Shown: positions 18,614 through 26,401 of the stretch, in pieces
Layout: the number at the start of each line of letters is the position of its first letter
How positions within the stretch are numbered: position 1 is the first letter of the stretch
Assembly (NCBI RefSeq): GCF_902713755.1
Contig: NZ_LR744089.1
Length of the DNA stretch: 32,000 bases
Direction: 5' to 3' (one strand)
Source of the DNA: Candidatus Saccharimonadota bacterium
GTDB taxonomy: Bacteria > Pseudomonadota > Gammaproteobacteria > Johnevansiales > Johnevansiaceae
Translations under genes and position numbers: made by a program
The notes under the pieces: generated by a model
Database searches by the model: none
What the model was told of the DNA's origin: nothing
Seen by the model: the letters and a program-made list of their open reading frames with translations, nothing else

Positions 18614-18768
18614 TATATTTTTTATACTTAAACGAACTTTATTTCTTTATTTTACCGCATTTCGTATTCTTGCACAACAAAGTAAAAAAAAACAATAAAA
18701 AAACCTTAATTTATGAGGTTATATTGTATATAATATTATTATTCGATAATAACATTAACATATACAAA

Positions 18769-20073
18769 ATGAAAATAATTCAATCTAAAAATTTAGCTTT
18801 AAATATAATCATAGGTTTGTTTTTAGGCATACTTACTGGATTAATATTACATCAAAATAATATTATAAAATCATGGGTTATTTTACATTTTTTACAACCA
18901 TTAGGAGAAATATTTATTAGATTAATAAAAATGATAGTAATACCCATTATAATTTCTTCGTTAATCATTGGTATTTCTGGTATAGATGATACAAAAAATT
19001 TAAGTAGAATTGGACTTAAAACTATTTTATATTTCGAACTTGTTACAACTTTAGCAATAATTGTAGGATTAATAGCAGCTAATATATTTAAACCTGGGTA
19101 TGGAATCAATATGTCGAAATTAAGTAATAATATTGATATATCACAATATAAAAATATTACTAATATTGTTCATCATAATGAACATACCAATATAATAAAT
19201 ATTATAGTTAATTTAATACCCTCTAATATATTTAAATCTTTTGTTAATGGAGATATATTATCTATTATATTTTTTTCTGTAATTTTTAGCCTAGGTTTAG
19301 CAGGTATTCCTATCCAAAATAAAAAAAATCTAATAAATATAATTAAAACTATATCAGAAACTATGTTTAATATAACTAACATTATTATGCGGTATTCACC
19401 TATCGGGGTTTATTCTTTAATATCTATTACTGTTGCAAATTTTGGATTTTTATCATTAATACCATTAATAAAATTAGTAGTTTTAGTATATTTCACAATA
19501 ATATTTTTTATATTTATAATACTAGGCAGTATTGCTTGGTACTTTGGTTTTAATATCATAATATTATTGCGTATAATTAAAAATGAATTATTATTAGCTT
19601 TTACTACTTCTAGTTCAGAAACAGTATTATTAAACTTAATGTCTAAAATGGAAAATTATGGTGCTCCAAAAAATATTTGTAATTTTGTAATTCCTACAGG
19701 CTATTCATTTAATTTAGATGGTTCTACGTTATATCAAAGCATAGCCGCTTTATTTATAGCACAACTGTATGGAATAAATTTAACTTTATTTACACAACTT
19801 ACTTTAATATTAACTTTAATGATTACATCAAAAGGCATAGCTGGAATACCAGGGGTGTCGTTTGTAGTTTTACTAGCTACATTAGGTAGTATAGGGATCC
19901 CTATCGAAGGAATAGCTTTTATAGCTGGTGTAGATCGAATATTAGATATGGCTAGAACTGTATTAAATGTTATTGGTAATGCTTTAGCTGTACTAATAAT
20001 TTCCAAATGGGAAAATCAATATGATAAAAATAAAGGTTTAAATTATTTGGAAAGTAAAAAATATAAGGTATAA
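18769..20073 (+). CDS. gltP: Glutamate/aspartate:cation symporter (DAACS family, GltP-like)
   Basis: It matches E. coli GltP along its length as I recall it: IKMIVIPIIISSL, ISETMF, MRYSPIGV, SSSETVL, PTGYSFNLDGSTLYQSIAALFIAQLYGI, SKGIAGIPGVSFVVLLATLGSIGIP, and AGVDRILDMARTVLNVIGNALAV. The ORF-track start at 18670 is a TTG with a non-homologous leader. The ATG at 18769 (MKIIQSK) aligns with the GltP N-terminus. Confidence 0.92.
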   Translation: MKIIQSKNLALNIIIGLFLGILTGLILHQNNIIKSWVILHFLQPLGEIFIRLIKMIVIPIIISSLIIGISGIDDTKNLSRIGLKTILYFELVTTLAIIVGLIAANIFKPGYGINMSKLSNNIDISQYKNITNIVHHNEHTNIINIIVNLIPSNIFKSFVNGDILSIIFFSVIFSLGLAGIPIQNKKNLINIIKTISETMFNITNIIMRYSPIGVYSLISITVANFGFLSLIPLIKLVVLVYFTIIFFIFIILGSIAWYFGFNIIILLRIIKNELLLAFTTSSSETVLLNLMSKMENYGAPKNICNFVIPTGYSFNLDGSTLYQSIAALFIAQLYGINLTLFTQLTLILTLMITSKGIAGIPGVSFVVLLATLGSIGIPIEGIAFIAGVDRILDMARTVLNVIGNALAVLIISKWENQYDKNKGLNYLESKKYKV

Positions 20074-20078
20074 GAAGA

Positions 20079-20513
20079 ATGAAAATATTTTTAATAAATG
20101 GACCAAATTTAAATTTTTTAGGTAAAAGACAAACCAATATATATGGATTTAATACTTTAAATGATATAGAAACATTATTAATAAAAAAAGCAAAAAAATT
20201 TAAAGTTAAATTAGAATGTTATCATTCTAATCACGAAGGATATATAATAGATAGTATTCAACGTGCTTATTATAATAATTGCAATTCTATTATTATCAAT
20301 GCAGGGGCTTATAGTCATACATCAATTTCTATATTAGATGCATTAAATATTTTTCATGGCACAATAATAGAAGTACATATTTCTAATATATATAATCGTG
20401 AAACTTTTAGGCATAAATCTTATATTTCTATAAGAGCTAATGCAGTAATATCGGGAATGGGGGTATATGGATATATTTCAGCATTAAATTATTTAATCAA
20501 AGGAATAAAATAG
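20079..20513 (+). CDS. aroQ: 3-dehydroquinate dehydratase, type II
   Basis: 144 aa. Motifs NGPNLNFLGKRQTNIYG, HSNHEG and INAGAYSHTS. TAG stop. Confidence 0.94.
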   Translation: MKIFLINGPNLNFLGKRQTNIYGFNTLNDIETLLIKKAKKFKVKLECYHSNHEGYIIDSIQRAYYNNCNSIIINAGAYSHTSISILDALNIFHGTIIEVHISNIYNRETFRHKSYISIRANAVISGMGVYGYISALNYLIKGIK

Positions 20514-21385
20514 TTAAAGCTTTTTTATAATATACATAGTAGCACTACGTGAACTATTGTTATAAATAATTTCTTCTGTATTAGGATATAATTTATATTT
20601 AAATAAATTATTTAATAATTTATTTTTTTTTATTACTTTTTTTAATAATTTTGATTCTAAAGAATTAAATGTAATAATTATTAAATTTTTATTTTTATTT
20701 AAAATTTTGAACGATGAATTAATTAATAATTCCATATTTTGTAATTCATTATTGATATAAATACGTATAGCTTGAAAAAGCTTTGTTGCTGGATGCTTAT
20801 TTTTTTTTAAGTGTTTTTGTTTTATCAGATTTGATAATTCTAAAGTCATTTTAAATGGATATTTAATCCTACGTTTACATATTTTTTTTGTAAGTCTATA
20901 TGAATCTTTCTCTTCTCCATATGTTTTTAATATTTTTAAAATTTCGTTTGATTTATAATTATTTAAAAACTCAAAAGCTGGTATACCTAATTTATTATTT
21001 ATTCTCATATCTAAAGGACCATTTATATAAAAACTAAAACCTCTTTTATAATCTTTAATTTGATTTTTAGAAATTCCTAAATCTAAGAGTATACCTGATA
21101 CTTTTCCAAAAAATTTTTTTTTATAGCAATACTTTCTAAATAACTAAAATTAGTATTAATTAAATTAAACCTTTTATCCAAAAGTAGTCCTAATTTTTTT
21201 GCCAAAATTTTTGTATTTAAATCATTATCTATTGCTATTAATTTACCTTTTTTAGATAATCTATTTAAAATTTTTTTACTATGTCCCCCCAAACCAAAAG
21301 TACAATCTATATATATACCATCTTTATTAGTTATTAATAAATCAATAGCTTTATTTAAAAATAAACTTTTATGAATCTTATTCAT
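20514..21385 (-). pseudogene. rsmH: 16S rRNA m4C1402 methyltransferase RsmH (MraW), interrupted by a frameshift in an A9T6 homopolymer
   Basis: The N-terminal ORF 21083-21385 carries the SAM-binding region (YIDCTFGLGGHSKKIL, IAIDND). The C-terminal frame is open over 20514-21143 and encodes the conserved GKVSGILLDLGISKNQIKDYKRGFSFYINGPLDMRI...HPATKLFQAIRIYIN. The two frames overlap at 21083-21143, which contains the tract A9T6 (minus strand; plus 21108-21122). One extra A or T restores a single frame (..AIKKKFFGKVSGILLDLG..). Confidence 0.88.
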
Positions 21386-21399
21386 TATTTTATTAATTA

Positions 21400-21738
21400 T
21401 TATTAATATACAATAAGCCGGATCCTGTTCAAATTACAGTCATTTATCTAATATATATATTACTATATATATTTATGCAACCTACCAGAATTTTTTTAGA
21501 GCTCTTGAAATTCTTATTTAGTTTTACTCAAAGTGGGGTTTACATAACGAATTTGTTTCCAAATACGTGGTATGCTTTTACCAAACCTTTTCACCATTAT
21601 CTATAAAATAGATTGTATTTTTTCTTGTGCACTTTCCGTCAAAAATCTTTGCCCAGTTATTAACTGGCACTTTGCTCAATGAGTCCGGACTTTCCTCTTA
21701 TAACTTTTTTTATAAGTGACTGCATAACTATATTAAAA
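21400..21738 (-). ncRNA. rnpB: RNase P RNA (bacterial type A), reduced
   Basis: The minus strand contains the universally conserved blocks. GAGGAAAGTCCGGACTC lies at plus 21681-21697. ACAGGATCCGGCTTA lies at plus 21414-21428 and is the P4 partner. Also present are GTGCCAGTTAATAACTGGG, AGTGCACAAGA, GGTGAAAAGG and GTAAACCCCAC. P2 pairing is GCAGTCA/TGACTGT. P1 pairing is TTAATATA/TATATTAA. The P3 hairpin is short (CTTATAA-loop-TTATAAG). It is a GC-rich island with no ORF. Ends are +/-5 nt. Confidence 0.9.
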
Positions 21739-21744
21739 ATAATT

Positions 21745-22128
21745 TTACCGTTTTGAAAATTGTGGTGATTTTCTTGCTTTTTTGAAACCAATTTTTTTTC
21801 TTTCAACTTCTCTTGAATCTCTCTTTAAATAACCATTCATTCTTAATTTATAACGTAACTTATTATTATAAGCTAATAAAGCACGAGAAATTCCATGTCT
21901 TATTGCTTCAGCTTGTGATTTATAACCTCCACCATTTACCGTAATTTTTATATTAAATGTATTTATATTATTTGTTAATTCTAATGGTTGAATTATTATA
22001 CCATATATATTTATATTTTTAAAATATTTGTTTAATGTATTTTTATTTATTAGAATTTTACCATTACCTAATTTTATAAACACTCTTGCACGAGCTGTTT
22101 TTCTACGTCCTGTACCATAATAATACAT
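21745..22128 (-). CDS. rpsI: 30S ribosomal protein S9
   Basis: 127 aa. Starts YYGTGRRKTARARV, and has the C-terminal KKARKSPQFSKR ending typical of S9. Confidence 0.96.
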   Translation of the reverse strand: MYYYGTGRRKTARARVFIKLGNGKILINKNTLNKYFKNINIYGIIIQPLELTNNINTFNIKITVNGGGYKSQAEAIRHGISRALLAYNNKLRYKLRMNGYLKRDSREVERKKIGFKKARKSPQFSKR

Positions 22129-22139
22129 AATTTTATCCT

Positions 22140-22568
22140 TTAAATTAATAATTCTAAAGGTTGTTGAGCCATATGTGGATGTTGTTTTCCTTTATATATT
22201 TTAAGTTTTTTACTAATTAATCTACCTAATGAATTTTTTGGCAACATACCTTTCACCGCTATTTTTATTATTTTTTCTGGATTTTTTTTTATCATATCTA
22301 ATAATTTTATTTTACGTAAACCACTCGGATAACCTGTATGATAATAATAAATTTTTTTTATCAATTTTTTTCCCGTTAATTTTATTTGAGCTGCATTAAT
22401 AATAATAATATTATCTCCTACATTTAAATAATTATTATAAATCACTTTATTTTTACCTAATAAAAAATAAACTATTTTAGTAGATAACCTTCCTAAAGTT
22501 TTTTTATATGCATTTATTATATACCATTCTCTTTTTACATCCTTTACCTTCACATTAAAAGTTTTCAT
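22140..22568 (-). CDS. rplM: 50S ribosomal protein L13
   Basis: 142 aa. Motifs W.IINA..KTLGRLST and YYHTGYPSGLR. It keeps the conserved rplM-rpsI gene order. Confidence 0.96.
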   Translation of the reverse strand: MKTFNVKVKDVKREWYIINAYKKTLGRLSTKIVYFLLGKNKVIYNNYLNVGDNIIIINAAQIKLTGKKLIKKIYYYHTGYPSGLRKIKLLDMIKKNPEKIIKIAVKGMLPKNSLGRLISKKLKIYKGKQHPHMAQQPLELLI

Positions 22569-22577
22569 ATTATTCCC

Positions 22578-23222
22578 TTATATTATAGAAATTAATAATT
22601 CTATTAATGGATTTATATATTTATATTTTATAATCATTGATGTTTTATTTACAATTAATCTGGTACTAATATTTGTTATTAATGTTTTTGGTTCCATTCC
22701 ATTTTCTTTTAATGTATTCCCTGTATCAACTATATCTATTATTTCATCTGCTAAATTCATAAGTGGAGCTAATTCCATCGCACCATATAATTTTATTATA
22801 TCTGCTTTAATACCTTTACTTGCATAATATTTTTTTGCTATATTTAAAAATTTCGTTGCTACTTTACGGGTTTTATTTTTTACATTAAATCCAATTAAGC
22901 CTGCTGTCATTAGTCTACATTTAGAAATTTGAAAATCTATCGGTTCATATAATCCTTTAGATCCATTTTCTAACAAAACATCCTTACCTACAATTCCCAT
23001 ATCGGCTGCACCTAATTTTACATAAGTAGGTACATCTATAGCTCTTAAAAATATTAAATTTAAATATTTTTTTTTAGTATTAAATAATAATTTTCTATTA
23101 TTTTCTATAGAATCAATAGGTATTATACCAGCTTTTTTTAATAACGATAAACTTTTTAAAAGTATACGTCCTTTTGATAAAGCAATTACTAAAGGCTCTA
23201 TCATATATTTTTTTATAACCAT
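22578..23222 (-). CDS. hisG: ATP phosphoribosyltransferase, short form (HisG-S)
   Basis: 214 aa. Motifs IALSKGRIL, DMGIVGKDVL and DIVDTGNTLKENG. The short length implies dependence on HisZ. The start may be the second Met (23204). Confidence 0.88.
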   Translation of the reverse strand: MVIKKYMIEPLVIALSKGRILLKSLSLLKKAGIIPIDSIENNRKLLFNTKKKYLNLIFLRAIDVPTYVKLGAADMGIVGKDVLLENGSKGLYEPIDFQISKCRLMTAGLIGFNVKNKTRKVATKFLNIAKKYYASKGIKADIIKLYGAMELAPLMNLADEIIDIVDTGNTLKENGMEPKTLITNISTRLIVNKTSMIIKYKYINPLIELLISII

Positions 23223-23282
23223 TTTTATATTAAATTTAATAATATTATATTATATAATAATATTATTTTAAGGAAAAGGTTC

Positions 23283-23540
23283 ATGAAAATTAATATTTTA
23301 TCTAAATTAAATATAAATGATGTTAATTTAAAAACTTTAAAAATAAATATAAACTTACTATTAAAAAATTTATTTATTATTAATTTAATAAATATTAAAC
23401 CTATTACAAATCCATTAAATCATAATTATTATTTAATATTACGAAAAGATAAAATAAAAAAAAATAAAAAAATTAATAATTATATTGAATCTGCACCTAA
23501 AAAAAATAATTATTATATAACAATTCCTAATATTTTATAA
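23283..23540 (+). CDS. gatC: Asp/Glu-tRNA amidotransferase subunit C
   Basis: 85 aa. It sits immediately upstream of gatA and gatB. The pattern ..L..INLLLKNL..INLINIKPITNPL......LRKDKI...AP matches the GatC layout. An AAGGAAAAGG Shine-Dalgarno precedes the ATG. Confidence 0.8.
   Translation: MKINILSKLNINDVNLKTLKININLLLKNLFIINLINIKPITNPLNHNYYLILRKDKIKKNKKINNYIESAPKKNNYYITIPNIL
23457..23489 (+). repeat. 33-bp exact direct repeat, copy 1 (in gatC, in frame, encodes KKNKKINNYIE)
   Basis: AAAAAAAATAAAAAAATTAATAATTATATTGAA is identical to 25574-25606. Both copies begin at codon position 1 of their genes. Confidence 0.95.
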
Positions 23541-23547
23541 AATTTAT

Positions 23548-24969
23548 ATGACAATCATTGATATTATAAAAGGATTAAAAAATAAACATTTTTCTTGTTA
23601 TGAATTAATAAACTTTTTATTAAATAAAATAAAAAAAAACAATAAATATTTAAATTGTTTTATAACTATTGAATATAAAAATGCTTTAAAAGAAGCAAAA
23701 AAATGTGATTTTTTACGCAATTTTAATCAAAATAATGTATTACATGGAATACCTATAGCTTATAAAGATCTATTTTGTACAAAAGGTATTAAAACAACTT
23801 GTGGTTCTAAAATGTTAAAAAATTTTATTCCAACGTATAATTCTACTATTATTGAAAAATTAAAACATTATGGTCTTATAAATTTAGGTAAAACTAATAT
23901 GGATGAATTTGCAATGGGTTCTTTTAATGAAAATAGTTTTTTTGGACTAGTAAAAAACCCTTGGAATATCAAATTAGTATCAGGTGGATCTTCTGGAGGA
24001 TCCGCTTCTGCTATATCTGCTGGATTAATACCAGCTTCTTTAGGTACTGACACAGGAGGATCTATAAGATTACCTTCTTCTTTTTGTGGTATTACTGGTT
24101 TAAAAACTAGTTATGGTTTTCTGTCAAGATATGGTATTATCTCTTATTCATCTAGTTTAGATCAAGCTGGTCCAATGGCTCATACAGTAAAAGATTGTGC
24201 AATATTATTAAATATAATTTCTGGTTATGATAAATGTGATTCCACAAATATAAACTTACAAAATGATGATTATTTAAAATATATAAATAATTCTATAAAA
24301 GGAAAAAAAATAGGATTACCAATAGAATACTTTAAAAATATAAATTACAAATTTTCTTATATAATACAAGAAGCAATAAACGTTTATACAAAATTAGGTA
24401 TAAAGTTTTTTGATATTAGTTTACCTTATATTGAATCAGCTATTTCCGCTTATTATATTATAGCCTCTGCAGAGGCAGCTTCTAATTTAGCAAAATATGA
24501 TGGTATAAAATATGGTTACTATAAAATAAATCCTAAATCTTTAGAAGATCTATATATAAATACTCGTACAAATGGATTTGGTAAAGAGGTAAAAAATCGT
24601 ATTTTAATAGGAACATATTTATTAAATAATTATTTTATAAAAGCAAAAAAAATTAGAAAAATCATTTATAATAATTTTATAAAAAGTTTTAAAAAAGTTG
24701 ATTGCATTTTTATACCTACAACAAATTCTATCGCTAATCAAATTCATACAAAAAAAAATAATATTTTAAATATACAACAAGATCTTTATACAATATCAGT
24801 CAATTTAGCAGGTTTACCTGCTATAAATATTCCAATAGGGTTTATTAATAAATGTCCTGTTGGTTTACAAATAATAACACCTCATTTTACTGAACAATTA
24901 TTATTAAATATAGCTCATTGTTACCAAAAAAATACACATTGGCATTTAAATTATCCAAATATTTTATAA
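23548..24969 (+). CDS. gatA: Asp/Glu-tRNA amidotransferase subunit A (amidase)
   Basis: 473 aa. Amidase signature GGSSGGSASAISAG and TDTGGSIRLPSSFCG. Confidence 0.95.
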   Translation: MTIIDIIKGLKNKHFSCYELINFLLNKIKKNNKYLNCFITIEYKNALKEAKKCDFLRNFNQNNVLHGIPIAYKDLFCTKGIKTTCGSKMLKNFIPTYNSTIIEKLKHYGLINLGKTNMDEFAMGSFNENSFFGLVKNPWNIKLVSGGSSGGSASAISAGLIPASLGTDTGGSIRLPSSFCGITGLKTSYGFLSRYGIISYSSSLDQAGPMAHTVKDCAILLNIISGYDKCDSTNINLQNDDYLKYINNSIKGKKIGLPIEYFKNINYKFSYIIQEAINVYTKLGIKFFDISLPYIESAISAYYIIASAEAASNLAKYDGIKYGYYKINPKSLEDLYINTRTNGFGKEVKNRILIGTYLLNNYFIKAKKIRKIIYNNFIKSFKKVDCIFIPTTNSIANQIHTKKNNILNIQQDLYTISVNLAGLPAINIPIGFINKCPVGLQIITPHFTEQLLLNIAHCYQKNTHWHLNYPNIL

Positions 24970-24982
24970 GGTTATATAACTA

Positions 24983-26401
24983 ATGTTAAATAAATGGGAA
25001 ACTATTATTGGTATAGAAACTCATATACAATTATCCACAAAATCTAAATTATTTTCTAAATCTTCTACAAAATTTTGTTTATATCCTAATAAACAAATTT
25101 GTAATTTCGATATAGGTATGCCTGGGGTCTTACCAATCTTAAATCAAACAGCTATAGATATGGCTATTCGGTTTGGTTTAATTATAAATACTAAAATTTA
25201 TAATCAAGCTATATTTGAAAGAAAAAATTATTTTTATCCAGATTTACCTAAAGGATATCAAATTAGTCAAAGAAAAAAACCAATTTTAGGATCAGGAAAA
25301 CTTACAATCAAAAATAAAACTTTTTATATAGATCATATAAATTTAGAAGAAGATGCCGGTAAATTATTACATATTTTTTCACATAGTGCAATTGATTTAA
25401 ATCGTGCAGGTATACCGTTATTAGAAATAATAACTAAACCTTGTATATTAACTTACAATGAAGTTATAAGTTATGTAAAATATATTAATAAGATAGTAAA
25501 ATATATAAATATATCTGATGCAGATTTATCAAAAGGTTCAATGCGTTGTGATATAAATATATCTATAAGAAACAAAAAAAATAAAAAAATTAATAATTAT
25601 ATTGAAATCAAAAATTTAAACTCTTATAAATATATTAAATGTGCAATTTTATATGAAACTAAAAGACAAATAAATATTTTTAATAAAGGTGGTAAAATAA
25701 TTAAAGAAACTCGTTTATATAATTTCAAAAAAAATAAAACTTATACTTTACGAAAAAAAGAAAATAAAAATGATTATTTATATTTAAATTGTCCTGATTT
25801 ATTAGAATTAAATTTAAACAACAAATTTATATTAAAACAAAAAAAATTTCTACCTGAATTACCTCATATTAAAATAAAAATTTTTATACAATTAGGATTA
25901 TCATATAAAGAAGCTGAAATATTAACTAATACTTTAGATATAGCAAATTTTGTTGAAAAAACTTTTAAAATTTGTAAAGATATTCATTTAACTTCTATAT
26001 GGATAAGATGTTATCTTTTTGAAAAATTAAAATTTTATTATTTAAATATAACACAAAACCCAATAAAACCCAATTTATTTGGTAAATTATTATTTTATAT
26101 AAAAAGCAATATTATCAATCATAATATTGCTAAAATTATTTTTAAGAAATTTTGGAAAAAAAATAATAATATAGAAATAGAAATTAATAAATTAAAAAAA
26201 GAACAAATAAATGATAATAACTTATTAACAATTATAAATTTCACATTTCAAGAAAATATATTAAAAATCATATTATATAAAAAATCCAATTTAAAAAAAA
26301 AGAAAAAAATATTAAATTTTTTAATAGGTCATGTTATAAAAAAATCAAATAATAAAGCAAATCCAAAACAAATTAATTTTTTAATAAAAAAATTAATATG
26401 A
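24983..26401 (+). CDS. gatB: Asp/Glu-tRNA amidotransferase subunit B
   Basis: 472 aa. Motifs ETIIGIETHIQL, MPGVLP, NLEEDAGK, DLNRAGIPLLEI and EIKNLNS. The TGA stop overlaps the crtI ATG. Confidence 0.94.
   Translation: MLNKWETIIGIETHIQLSTKSKLFSKSSTKFCLYPNKQICNFDIGMPGVLPILNQTAIDMAIRFGLIINTKIYNQAIFERKNYFYPDLPKGYQISQRKKPILGSGKLTIKNKTFYIDHINLEEDAGKLLHIFSHSAIDLNRAGIPLLEIITKPCILTYNEVISYVKYINKIVKYINISDADLSKGSMRCDINISIRNKKNKKINNYIEIKNLNSYKYIKCAILYETKRQINIFNKGGKIIKETRLYNFKKNKTYTLRKKENKNDYLYLNCPDLLELNLNNKFILKQKKFLPELPHIKIKIFIQLGLSYKEAEILTNTLDIANFVEKTFKICKDIHLTSIWIRCYLFEKLKFYYLNITQNPIKPNLFGKLLFYIKSNIINHNIAKIIFKKFWKKNNNIEIEINKLKKEQINDNNLLTIINFTFQENILKIILYKKSNLKKKKKILNFLIGHVIKKSNNKANPKQINFLIKKLI
25574..25606 (+). 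repeat. 33-bp exact direct repeat, copy 2 (in gatB, in frame, encodes KKNKKINNYIE)
   Basis: Identical to 23457-23489. A third partial copy (21 bp, TAAAAAAATTAATAATTATAT) lies in crtI at 26613-26633, also in frame (KKINNYI). Confidence 0.95.

Noticed and set aside
18670-18768. The ORF track extends gltP by 33 codons at the N-terminus, starting at a TTG.
   Set aside because: The leader (MHNKVKKNNKKTLIYEVILY...) has no counterpart in GltP. The ATG at 18769 gives MKIIQSKNLALNIIIG, which aligns with the GltP N-terminus. The extension is probably untranslated divergent promoter/5'UTR DNA shared with metF.
18614-18768. Candidate sigma-70 promoter hexamers (for example TTGCAC at 18669-18674 and TATAAT near 18740) in the metF/gltP divergent spacer and other spacers.
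   Set aside because: At this A+T content, TATAAT-like and TTGACA-like strings occur by chance throughout, including inside genes. Without transcript 5' ends I cannot support any specific promoter call.
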